From the human T2T-CHM13v2.0 reference genome, Homo sapiens: a DNA stretch of 64,000 bases. The notes under the pieces were generated by a model. It did not search any database. It saw only the letters and a program-made list of their open reading frames with translations, and had not been told where the DNA came from. The position numbers and the translations under genes were made by a program. Within the stretch, counting starts at the first letter, position 1. Each line of letters opens with the position of its first letter. Below, in pieces: positions 29,871 to 42,925 of this stretch. Where the stretch lies: NCBI RefSeq assembly GCF_009914755.1, contig NC_060931.1. One strand, 5' to 3'.

Positions 29871-31129
29871 TGCAGCCTGGTACTGTTCCATGGTAGTGAT
29901 ATAATGAGAGACACATTAACTTTTCAGGCCTCTAAGGAACAATTTCCTTAGCACTCAAACATAGTGTTTCACCCTAGTGTCTGTCCTATATCTAAGTATG
30001 TTTTGCCCCAGGGAAAATAGGCTCAGAGTGCTGTGATGACAAAGAATATTTTCTCATTTCATTTGGTATTATATAAAAGGGAAAAAATAGTGTCATAACG
30101 CTGGTGGATTTATTTCTTGCTAACTAGAAAGCTAAGAAATGCTTGAAAATATATCCCCAATGTCACTGATTAGAACGTCCTGTGGAAACAAATTAATTTT
30201 CTCTAAATGACTTCTGAAAACTTGTGAAGGGCAAAGAACAGGTGAATGCAGGTGTCCAGTGAGTCATTTTACAATTTTAGGATGAAACTGATCACCTTAT
30301 ATGGTATTTGTGGAGCACACAGTACAACATAATTTTTCCCCAACTATGAGCAAAGTAACTCTTAATAATTTAGAAAAGGGAGGGATAACATTCTTAAAAA
30401 TTATAGGTCCATTTAAATAACTAAATGTGCTATAAAGATATTATGCCAAGATTTTGGCAACAAGACTTGAATGACTTATGGATAAGTTAATACACATAGA
30501 CCAAGTTGGATTTATGAGGCATGATGTAATTAAGACAACTTGAAAAAGAGTTTTATGTTAATGCAAATTGATAATGATACCAACTGCAGTGTCTGCAAAT
30601 TCTGATAATGTCCAGAATGTATGTAATAGAATGAAGTAAAAACAGCCAAGCAAATATTAAATCATGTAACTTTATAAGAATCTTGTTTTCGAAGATGATA
30701 ATATGATTATAGCAAAATAGTTTGGATGTTTGTGTCACGATACACTCAATTTAGAGAATGCAAAGAATCAATGAAATGTTGCCTCATTTTGGGGGCATGG
30801 ATATTTGATTGAGACAATGGCTTTTTTGTTCTTGTAGATTGGCTACATGTTGATAATCACTATTAAGCAGTTTGTACTTATTTTGTTCTTTTTGAATCTT
30901 ATATTTTGTGGTTAGAATGACTTGAATCAGTCGTATGATATGTTGTATATAGTACATTTTTAGTCATGGGGATTCGAACTAATTTAAGAGCTGCAAATTT
31001 AAAATACTGATAGTAATATATTCATACCAAGCCTAAATAAGTTTTGAGTAAGTTGCACATAATCTTTTTGACTGAAGAAACTAATATTTGAAATTTTATA
31101 ACGTGAACATTTTTGAAACATTTCTACTC

Positions 31130-33810
31130 AGTAGAGTGGTGAATTAGACCCTCAGAAGAGGCTTCCTTTTATAAAACAACCAGATCTTGGATAGAAATAC
31201 ATTAGTGAGTCTCAAGAAATAAGGGAAATCTCCAAGGACCTAAACAAGCAAACAGTAAATCTGTGAGTTGAAATCTGAGCAGGAAGCAGTGAAGAATCAG
31301 CTAACCTGAAAGCTGTTTGTCTGAGAAACAAATTCCCATACCAATCCTTGGATCAAAGACTATTATGAGAGTGTATCACAGTGTGCAGGCCAAAGCAAGC
31401 TTCCCTTTAAATGAGGGCCTTTGAGTAGCTACCAGAATCTCTTGAGTCATATCAGAAGCAAACATAAATCCTCTGTAGCTTAAAGCTTTTCACATTTAGG
31501 CCCTTAGATTCCCACAGAGGAAGATCAAGAAAAGAAATGCTCATAATCAGAGATCACAAAACATAACAAGGCAAAAGGGCTGAGCATCAGCATAGAGACA
31601 AAGAACATTGGGTATTGCATTAATCATTTACAGAATTAAAATAAAAACTAGGTGTAGCATGTAAATAAATAAAAAATGAAATCACAAAAGTAATCTACCA
31701 ACAATAATTAGATTTAAAATGAAACCTATAATTGAGAATTTAAAAATTAGCAGATAATTTAAACAAATGGCTAGACACAAATGAAGAATAAATCAGCGGT
31801 CAGAAAATCCTAATAAGAGAGACAGAGAGAGAGAGACTGATTCAGACTTCGAGAGAGAGAGTCAAAGAAAGAAATTGACTTAGAGTTTAGAATGAGAAGC
31901 TTGAACATGTATCTAATAAGACTTGCAGAATTTGGGACTAAAGGAAAAATGAGATGAGATATATGAAGAGATATTTCTATAAATTGTCCAAAACTGATGA
32001 AATGCATGAGTCTACAGATAAAAGAAAGTACAAAGTATACTAGGACAGACACCATCCCCACCGCCCCCCACACAAAGTTAGATACTTTAGTAAAACTCCA
32101 GAATATCAAGACAAAGAAGAGATCTCTTAAGCCACCAGAAAAAAAAACATAAAAATAAAGAAAATCATACTAATGCATTTTTCATACCAGCAACTGTGAA
32201 AGCCAAAACAGTGAAATAATATTTTCAATGCTGAAAGAAAACAACGGTCAAATGAGACTTGTATTAACCAGAAAATCATCTTTCAAATATGATGGGCTTA
32301 TTAATCTTTACCAGTTAAATAAACTCTCAGTAAATTTACCAAAGAACCTTCATTATCTCATAGAAAGGAAAATGACCGTATAAAGAAACTCAGATGCAAA
32401 TAGGGATGGTCACATCAGATATTGCTAAACATAAAAAAAGTGTCACATGCATGAATTAATAGTTATATTAATGAAATAATAATGTCAAAATTGTAGACTA
32501 TAACTAAATGAAATAGGGAGTTAGATAACAATTCTATGCGAATGAAGTTATTGTGGTTCAAGTAAAATATCATAAAATCCTGATTTTTCTGGGAAAAAGT
32601 TGTGATATTGATTATTTCTAGATTTCATTAATTCGATCCCATGTTTAAAGATAACTATTAAAGGAAAATATTGGCTGAGTGTGATGGCTCATGCCTATAA
32701 TCCCAACACTTCAAGAGGCTGAGTCAGGAGGATTACTTGAGACCAGGAGTCTGAGGCCAGCCTGGGCAATGTGCAAAATCCTGACTCTACAAAAAATACA
32801 AAACATAGCTGAACATGGTGCTGCCTGCATGTAGGCCCAGCTACACATTGAGGCTGAGTTTGGAGGATTGACTGAGCCCAAGAAGTTAGACTACACTGAG
32901 TCAGGATCAGACCCCTGCACTCCAGCCTGGGTGACAAATCAAGACCCTATTTAAAAAAATAAAGATAGAAAGAACAGAAAAAAATATATAATTAGCATAT
33001 ATAACATCCAAATAGTGAGGAAAATGGACTAGGAAAAACATGACAACTAAACAAAAACTAAATCATCTTTTAAAAAGTAGCTGCAAGGAAAGAGGAAAAG
33101 GAATCATAGAAAAAGTGAGAAAATAGAAAAAAAATTGAATGGTGAAAATAGGTCCAAATATTTCAATCATCCAATGGCTAAAAAATGTTAATGAACTAAA
33201 TAAGTCAATTAAAATATGAAGCTTATCAGATAGTATAAGTACAAACTAATAACAAATAAACCACCACCAAAGCAAGCCTCAAGTAAGGGAAATTTACAAG
33301 TCAAGGTAAGGACACTGAGAAATAAAATAATAGAAAATGTTATCACAAAGTTATGAACTAAAATTATTTCATTGTCATTGCAGAAATCAGTCAAAATGGT
33401 TTTTAAAGTGAAAAAGTGTCTTTAAAAACAAAGGGAATCTCAACATAAAGAGAAAACAACTTGAGACTAATTTGTATATAATAAATTAGCCTCAAAATAT
33501 GTTATATTAGTATAAAAACTGTATGAATCATAGCATATAACTAAGAAATCTCCAACCTACTAAAAGATATCAAAATGCCTTTTACTTTTGTTTGATAGAA
33601 TAAGAGAAAAAAAAGAGGAGGAAAATGAAAAGATTTGAGCAATATTAGCATACAAACTGTAAACTGCACCAAGATTACTCTAAGATATGTAAATTGTTCA
33701 TCAAATTATTTACATAATAAAATCTAAACAAATTTCAAAGAATAGATATCATACCAATTATTCTCAACCTTCTAAACATTTAGATTAGAAATAAATAACA
33801 ATAAAACAAG
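31130..33810 (+). mobile_element. Highly degraded L1ME-type element (5', ORF1 and ORF2-start remnants), interrupted by an Alu
   Basis: A-rich + strand with ORF1-like remnants (aaaactccagaatatcaagacaaagaagagatctctt; caatgctgaaagaaaacaac). Boundaries approximate. Confidence 0.55.
32673..32960 (+). mobile_element. AluJ-type SINE
   Basis: ggctgagtgtgatggctcatgcctataatccc...gaccaggagtctgaggccagcctgggcaa...cactccagcctgggtgaca. Confidence 0.88.
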
Positions 33811-33819
33811 TTTAAATTT

Positions 33820-34420
33820 ATCATTATTTAACAAGACTTTTACTGCACTCATCATGTTTCTAGGCAATAAAGATAACACAGTGAACAAGACAAAGCAAAG
33901 CAAAATCTTTACTCTCATGGAGCTTACATTCTATTGGAAGGACATACAATTAAAAAGATAAATAAGAAAAATTTCTAATAAGACAGCAAAAAGTGCTAGA
34001 GAGAAATATTCAGTGGGGATGAAAAATAAGAAACAAATGTGGGTTGGGATGGTACAAACTGCAATATTAGACAACATGGCTCAGGAAGTCCCCACTAAGA
34101 AAGTGACTTTAGAGGTGAGATGAGATGGAAGGGAGAGTGAGCTGTGTGGCTCTTTGAAGAGCATTCCAGGCCTTGGGAACAAGTATAAGTGTCTTAAGGC
34201 GAGAGTCCCCTTGTATGTTTCAATAATAGTCAAGTCCTGGTGTGACTTAAGCAGAGTAAGTAAAAGGGAATCAAGTCGGGATGAAATAAAAAAAGACTGG
34301 GCAATGGTAGAATGTGTGTAGGCTTTGTAGGCCACTGCAAAGTCTTTGGGTTTATGTTGAGTAAGACAAGAATCATAATACTATTTATTTTAAAGATCAT
34401 TCTTGCTACTGTTTTGAGTG
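33820..34420 (-). mobile_element. L2 (L2a-like) 3' region
   Basis: acagtgaacaagacaaagc...ctctcatggagcttacattcta...aggaagtccccactaagaaagtgacttt...gtaggccactgcaaagtctttgg follows the antisense L2 consensus. Confidence 0.75.
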
Positions 34421-35655
34421 TATTAATAGATTATCATGCAAAGACAGAAACACATATCTGCAAAGAAGAAACAGGATGCCAGTTAGAAGTTGCCTGCATG
34501 GTTCTTTCAAGAGGCCAATCTTTCCAAGTCATTCTGCAATGCCACCTCTACCATTTATCTACTCTTTAAATGTGTGGATTGTTGCTGCACTTTCTATTCA
34601 GTTTCACTGTTGAATTTATCTGGATTTGTGTTACACTGTACCATATTGTCTAAATTATCAGAGCCGTTATGGTAATTGTTTAATGAGGCAAATGCTTGCC
34701 AACTCCCTATCTATGCTCCCTCTTAGAAAGTGTCCTATGTATTCTGGAATCTTTCTTTACGCCTGATGCTGATTACTTATTCTAAGTCAATGATCTACTT
34801 TTCAACCACATTGTCCTTGCCATTTAATATTACGTTTGACAATTAATTCAACAAATACCTATTAGACATCTATCATACGTGTTGACATGAGCTATATTTG
34901 GGGCTGTAGCACTGAACCATGATGTTATGGCTCCTAACTTAGAAGAGCTTATAGTCTTATTCTGGATTTCTTTTACCATCCTCAAAGATACCAAGCAATA
35001 TACATTTTTTAAATGTAGAGTTCAAAATTGAAGAAGAAAATATAACCATCTTCCCTCAGATTTTGAGAGATGTAAACTGAGACTGATCCTAAAGAGTTTG
35101 CATCTGAGTGTAACTGATTTCCAGCCAATTACCAATGTGTGTTTAAAGCGTGGAAGGTCTGCACATCTGTATGTTTATGTCATATTGGTGAAAGTCTGGA
35201 AAGTTGGTAAAAATCTGTTAAAGCAAAATTAGAAAGCCTGACCCTCAGGGTAAGTAGAAGAGGTGTTACTATCATATAATACATGTGCTTCTAAGAAGTT
35301 CTTGGCCTTCTAAATAATCACCATCCTGAAATGATGGCTAAATTATAACCATTAGATAATTAAATCTTTAGGTAACAGAATTATCAACTGCTATAATGCA
35401 GCTAACTCTAACTCTTGCATTATTGATGACAGTAGGGTAGGGAGTATTTTAATTAGGTAAAGTAAGATGTTTAGAGGATTATGTAATTTATCAGTTACCT
35501 TCCAAAGTGACAACCTGCCAACCGAGAAAAAAATTCAAAATGAAATCGGATTAGGAAAATGCCTAGAAATTATTCCCTTTGAAGCCAGGTGACAAATAAA
35601 ATGGGGGAGAGAGAGGACCAATAGAAATAAATGATGAATCAGGACCTCCACTTTC

Positions 35656-35735
35656 TTTTTTTAAAATTTTATGGGTACATTGTAGGTGTATACATTTATG
35701 TGGTACAAGAGATGTTTTGACACAGGCATACAATG
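35656..35735 (-). mobile_element. Very short L1MA/L1PB 3'-terminal fragment
   Basis: ttttatgggtacattgtaggtgtatacatttatgtggtacaagagatgttttgacacaggcatacaatg. A possible TSD, cactttc, lies on both sides. Confidence 0.7.
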
Positions 35736-36173
35736 AACACGCACACTTTCATCTAGCCTATGTCATTCCTGCTGTTTGAACTTATCCTGTGAAATTATGG
35801 AGGGTTTTGTTCTCAAAAACTTTGTCAAGCTGGGCAACACTGCACCTGAAGAAAGTAATGAAAACCAGAGAACACATAAACTAGAAGAGTGCAGGTGAGA
35901 TAGCAAAGACTTGTCAAGAGATAATAAGGTTTTCTTAATGTTTTCTAGAGGGGAGGTACCTTCAAAAATAGCAACAAAAGACACTAAGTTCTAATTGAGG
36001 AAAATATTAGAAGACAAGAAGTGCTGTGTAGTTCTATATCCAACACTAGTGGGAATGACCCATCGGAATGAAGTGACAGAGAAGGTAATGGAGTTAAGTT
36101 CCAGTTAAAATGGAACAAGAGGATCATCAATTGGATGGCAGTTGCTGTTATCTGTTCCAGAGCAAATTTTTGA

Positions 36174-36481
36174 AGGTTTCTTTTGCATCCAGAAGCAGGT
36201 ATAGGGCATCAGCAGACCCAGCTCCCAATGACCACTGCCAAAATGGTCCAAATTTCTCCATATGTAGCTGAAACATCATACTTTACAAAAATGCATAGAG
36301 GATAGAAAAAGTGAGCAGAAGGAAGCCAGGTTTCTTTTGCATCCAGAAGCAGGTATAGGGCATCAGCAGACCCAGCTCCCAATGACCACTGCCAAAGTGG
36401 TCCAAAATTCTCCATATGTAACTGAAACATTATACTTTACAAAAATGCATAGAGGATAGAAAAAGTGAGCAGAAGGAAGCC
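36174..36481. repeat. Head-to-tail tandem duplication, 2 x 154 bp
   Basis: 36174-36327 versus 36328-36481: 4 mismatches, no indels. Confidence 0.97.
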
Positions 36482-37860
36482 ATTTTAATACTCTTCTGGT
36501 TGAGAACAACTTCTGTTTTAATGCTAAGGTTTGTGAGGCTTACATAAAATAAAAATATATTCAATTTTTTAATAAGATCCCTGTCTTAGCTACCTAAGTA
36601 TGTATGAAGGGTCCTAGATGGCATAGACCTTGATGTTTGACCAGTAGTAAAATTTGCTTTTTCAGGAAAAAAAAGGTAGAAATTTATTTTTCTTTTTCTT
36701 CCTTTTCTTTCTTTTTTCCCTGTTTTATTCATCAGACAGATTTAGAGCACAGATGAAGTACAGAAAGGACATAGCATAAGGAACTTAAATGGAACAAGTA
36801 ATGTCTGGCATCAGAACACATGGTTGAGTCTGTGAGGTTTTCATTCTTTCTTTTAAATTTTAAATACAATCCCAATTTGAAAAAAGAAAAATGCTTCAGA
36901 AAGTTTACGTACCTGACTCTTCATTCTCCCTTGTTTTTATTATTTTCTAAATAAGACCATCTTTTAAGTGATTTTAAGGGGTACTTATGTTCCTTTATGA
37001 AAGAATAAATCAAGGATGTTTAACATCATAATTGTCCAGAGGGCTGATGTTGATCACATTTATTACACTGTTAAGGTAAAGCTGAATTTCTAAATCAGAT
37101 GCTGATTATTATTTTCCAAATGACTTTATCAACCGAAAATAATTACGATTGCCTTTTAATTAGATTTGTTGCCAAATAAATGAAATACCTTCCTGAATTT
37201 TAAGCCATGTGTTCTTTCTTTGAACTGTTTATGAAACAGGATGGTAGTTAATATATATGGTGTTTCCTCAAAACAATTTTGTTTACCACAGAACAAATGA
37301 AATATCCACAAGACAGCTTCACTTTTACTACTTCATCTGGTTTCCCTGAATAAATTGTGTGTAGTAGTATTGTGCAAACTAATGGAAATATTATTCTGCT
37401 TATGCAAAAATAATTTTGTATTATATGTTCATTTGTATGTTTGATAGACAAAATTGAAATGCTTCTTATATTCATCATTTTTATTTTTTCCACATATTTC
37501 ATATAACTCCAATATTTTAAAACAAAAATAGTTTACAAGGTTCACATAACTTTCAGTATAAAGTTAAGTTTATACAGCTGTCTTCATTCAGCCTGGAGAA
37601 TATTATGATTTTTTAAATTAATCACTTATTCTCACAGCAATTTATGTTGGGTATATGACCTTGGTTAGCTAAGATAATATGAAGTAGCCACAAAATGGCA
37701 AATGAATTACAGTATGAAAGGTCATTTGTAAAATTTCTGACAGTTTAGAACATTTGAAGGTCAAAAATCAATGGCACGTTGTCCTGTGCTGGAAAACATC
37801 TTGATCTAATCAAGACATTGTGTAGGTTTTTATAATCCAAAATAATTGTACTGTCTGTAA

Positions 37861-38257
<397 letters not shown>

Positions 38258-38580
38258 CTACCTCTTTGTTTTCTTACAAGCAAAGGTAACTTTCCAGTGC
38301 AGACATTTTCTCCTTGTATTTACACTTTAATGTTATATTTGTACAATTGATGTATATTTTAATTATTTAGTAAATGCCTGTCAAAATGAATAACAACATA
38401 CACGTATAACAATTGTAATTTCAAGGATAATCTATACTTGAGATTCAGGTTTTTATTATCTTTCATTTAATGCAAATTTAATATGGTGTCTGTGAGGGAT
38501 CATTTTGATTAGTGTAACCACTTATATTCCCCTAAATACCTTTATTTTAAGATTAGTAGTTGCTTTATTTCAAACATAAA

Positions 38581-38879
<299 letters not shown>

Positions 38880-39784
38880 TTTTCTCTTCATCTTTTCATC
38901 CAGGAAGCAAAAGAATTTTAGGGTAAAAAGCCATCATTGGATAGCCAGTTTAATAATATTAACTATATTCTTGTATGTGAAAATCAGGAGCAAATTTTTT
39001 AAAGAGATTATATATTGAAAAGTATTAGAAATTGAAGCCAATAACCATGACTTTTAATTCTAATTCTGCCACATTCCAGCATTGTGGGAACAGCAAATCA
39101 TTCTTTGAATTTATTTTTTTTAATCTGTAAGAATTAAAAAATAGCCTCACTAAAAACTCACATATTTTTGTAAGGAATAAATGAAGTATGTATTCAGACA
39201 TAGTAATGAACCACAAAATGCCATGTACATCTATGTTAGTATATGGACCAAAAGATAAAGCACTCTTGATTATTTAGAAATTAGACAAATTAGATATCAT
39301 TTTACTCTGAGAACTACATAATCAAATCAGCATATTGCAGCAGAGCTAACTGAAGTCACCAAACAGACACAAGGACTCCTTTTAGACAAGAGAAAACCAA
39401 GTAAAAAATAATAACATAAAATAATTAAAAATAACATGGTAAAAAATCTTATTCTAAAAGGGTGTTGATAGTAAAAGACATTTTAAAAATCCAATTATCA
39501 ACTGTAAAACCCCCATTTGACTCCAGGTTGATACTTTACCATGAACTTTAAATTCAATTACTATTGAATTAAAACTTATTTCACTTTTATATACCATGGA
39601 AGCTCAGTTTCCTTCCCCACATCTCCAGGGTTTCTTGGGAGGAAGAGGGCTATTCCAAATATTTGTAAGTCTGAGTTCTCAATTCTTCTTGTGCTGCTTT
39701 TACCATCCTTCTTTATTGCTAAAATGTCCTTCTTTAGTTTCTCCACTTTCCTATGGAACTACCCAGATGAGAATGAGAGCCTAA

Positions 39785-41077
39785 TAATTTATTATATATG
39801 TATATGATTATATATATAATTTTATATATAATTATATATAAATATACATAATTATATATTAAAATTAAAATTAAAATTATATAAATAATTTTATATAAAT
39901 ATATATTTATATAAATATATATCATATATATCAAATATATATCATATATATTCTCATCTACCCAGATGAGAATGAGAGCCTAATAATTTATTATATATAC
40001 GTATTTATACATATTATACGTATTATACATATTATATATACGTAATTATACATATAAGTATATAATTATATACGTATGTAATTATATACGTATATAATTA
40101 TACGTATAATTTAATTATACGTATAATTATATACGTATATAATTACATACGTATATAATTATATATAAATATATAATTACGTATATAATTATATATAATT
40201 ACGTATATAATTATATATAATTACGTATATAATTATATATGTAATTACGTATATAATTACATATGTAATTACATATATAATTACATATGTAATTACATAT
40301 ATAATTACATATGTAATTATATATGTAATTACATATGTAATTATATATGTAATTACATATGTAATTATATATGTAATTACATATGTAATTATATATAATT
40401 ACATATGTAATTATATATAATTACATATATATAATTATATATAATTACATATATGTAATTACATATATAATTACATATATGTAATTACATATATATATAA
40501 TTACATATATGTAATTACATATATATATAATTATATATATAATTACATATATAATTATATATATAATTACATATATATAATTATATATATAATTACATAT
40601 ATATAATTATATATATAATTACATATATATAATTATATATATAATTACATATATATAATTATATATATAATTACATATATATATGTATTTACATATATAT
40701 ATGTATACATATATAATTACATATATATGTATACATACATAATATATATGTAATTATATATAATTATATATATGTAATTATATATAATTATATACTAAAA
40801 TTAAAATTATATAAATAATTTTATATACATATATAGTATAAATTTATATATTATATATTTATATAAAATATATATAAATTTAAAACTATATAACTATATA
40901 ATTTTATATATAAATATATAATTTTATATAATTTTATATATAATTATATACATATATAATTTCATATATAATTATATAGATTTATATAATTTTATATATA
41001 ATTACATGTATTTATATAATTTTATATATAATTATATATGTATATGATTTTATATATAATTATATACATATATATAT
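39785..41077. repeat. AT-rich block containing a palindromic minisatellite (~40000-40790) of TAATTA-centred 10-22-bp units
   Basis: Runs of tatataattac, gtatataattatatataattac and atatgtaattac. ATATGTAATTACATAT is a perfect palindrome. Confidence 0.92.
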
Positions 41078-41275
41078 TGCAGTTTCTTCATCCACTGGTT
41101 GATTGATGGGCGTTTGGGCTGGTTCCATATTTTTACAATTGCGATTTGTGCTGCTTTAAACGTGTGTGCAAGTATCTTTTTTGTATAATAACTTCTTTTC
41201 CTCTGGGTACATACCCAGTAGTGGGAATACTGGATTTAAAAAAGTAGAACTACAATTTGATCCAGCAATCCCACT
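41078..41275 (-). mobile_element. L1PB (PB1-like) internal fragment ending in a 38-bp inverted segment
   Basis: cagtttcttcatccactggttgattgatgggcgtttgggctggttcc is antisense L1PB. 41238-41275 aaaaaagtagaactacaatttgatccagcaatcccact is the same region in sense orientation. Confidence 0.75.
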
Positions 41276-42443
41276 TTTGCCCATTTTAAACAGATTGATT
41301 TTTTAATATAGAGTTGCTTGAGCTTCTTACAAATTCTGTTTAAGTCTTTATCAGATGAGCAGTTTGGAAGTATTTTCTCTCATTCTGAGGGTTGTCTCTT
41401 CGCTTTGTTAATTTTATCCTTTGCTGTGCAGAAGCATTTGAATTTGATGTGATCCTATTTGCCCATTTTTGCTGTGATTTTCTGTGCTTGTGGGATATTA
41501 CTCAAGAAATTTTTGCCCAGACCAAGTAGCGGAGAGTTTCTCCAATGTTTTCTTGAAGTAGTTTCATAGTTTGAGGTCTTAGACTTAAGTCTTTAATGCA
41601 TTTTGCTTTGATGTTTTATATATGGTAAGAGATGGGGTCTAGTTTCATTCTTCTGCCTATGGCTATCCAGTTTTCTCAGCATCATTTAGTGAAGAAACTG
41701 TTCTTTCCCTAATGTATGGTTTTGGCACCTTTATCAAAAATTAGTTCACTGTAGATTTACAGATTTATTTCTAGGTTTTATATTCTGTTCCACTGTTTTA
41801 TGTGCCTCTTTTTATGCCAGTACCATGCCATTTTGGTTCTACAGCTCTGTAGTATAATTTGAAGTCAAGTAATGTGATTCTTCGGTTTTGTTATTTTTGC
41901 TTAGGACAGCTTTGTCTATTCTGGGTCTTTTGTGGTTCTATACAAATTTTAGATGGTTTTTCTATTGCTGTGAAGAATGTCATTGGTATTTTAATGGGGA
42001 TTGCATTGAATCTGTAGATTGCTTTAGGTAGTACGGAAATTTAAACAATATTGAGTCTTCGAATCCATGAACATGAATTTTTTTTGGTGTCCTCTTCAAT
42101 TATTTGCATTAATGTTTTATAGTTTTCATTGCAGATATCTTTCTTTGATTTAATTTACTCCTAAGAATTTTATTTTATCTGTATCTGTTGTAAAAGGTAA
42201 TGCTTTCTTGATTTCCTTTTCAGATTTTTTACTGCTGGCATATAGAAATGCTACTGATTTTTGTACATTGATTTTGCATCTTATAAGTTGACTAAATTTC
42301 TTCATCTGTTCTAATGCTTTTCTGGTAGAGTTTTTAGGTTTTTCTAAATATAAGATCATATCATCTGCAAACAGAAATACAATGAATTATTTTTTTCCAA
42401 TTTGGATACCCCTTATTTCTTTCTCTTGTCTGATTGCTCTAGC

Positions 42444-42925
42444 TGTTATTGGATGAGGGTGTCCAGGTTCTTGGCATTTTGAACAAAGAATTGGAAAAAA
42501 TGCACAAATAAAGAAAGAATGAAGCAACAAAACAGTGATTTATTGAAAATAAAGCACACTTTGCTCCCTGAGCAAGCTGCTCAAGGGACCTGATTACAAA
42601 ATTTTCTGGGGTTTCAATACCCTCTAGAGGTTTCCCATTAGTTACTTGGTGTATGCCCTATGTAAATGAAGTGGATAAAGTCAAGTTACAAAGTCATTTA
42701 CTCCTTATCAGCTCTATGTGAATGGAGAGGATGAAGTGAAGTTACAAAGTGTAGAGAAGATGTTACTCAGTGAGTGTGGCTTATGTGAATGGAGAGGATG
42801 AAGTGAAGTTACAAAGCCATTCACATTCCTGTCATTGCTGAAGTGTTTACATTTGATTTAGTTCTAGAAAGTCAGCATGAATTGTCCTTCTGTTCCCTGC
42901 CTCTAGATCCTATTCTCCTGCCTCA
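42444..42925 (-). mobile_element. Solo ERV1 LTR, MER51-like
   Basis: The reverse complement starts TGAGGCAGGAGAATAGG and ends ...aacctggacaccctcatccaataaCA. 4-bp TSD tagc at 42440-42443 and 42926-42929. The host L1 resumes seamlessly. Confidence 0.88.

Noticed and set aside
30030-30172. C/D-box snoRNA (gtgatga ... ctga)
   Set aside because: No terminal stem and no recognisable guide; the short motifs are expected by chance.
40000-40790. CRISPR-like array
   Set aside because: Units are contiguous with no unique spacers, there are no cas genes, and the DNA is primate. This is a minisatellite.
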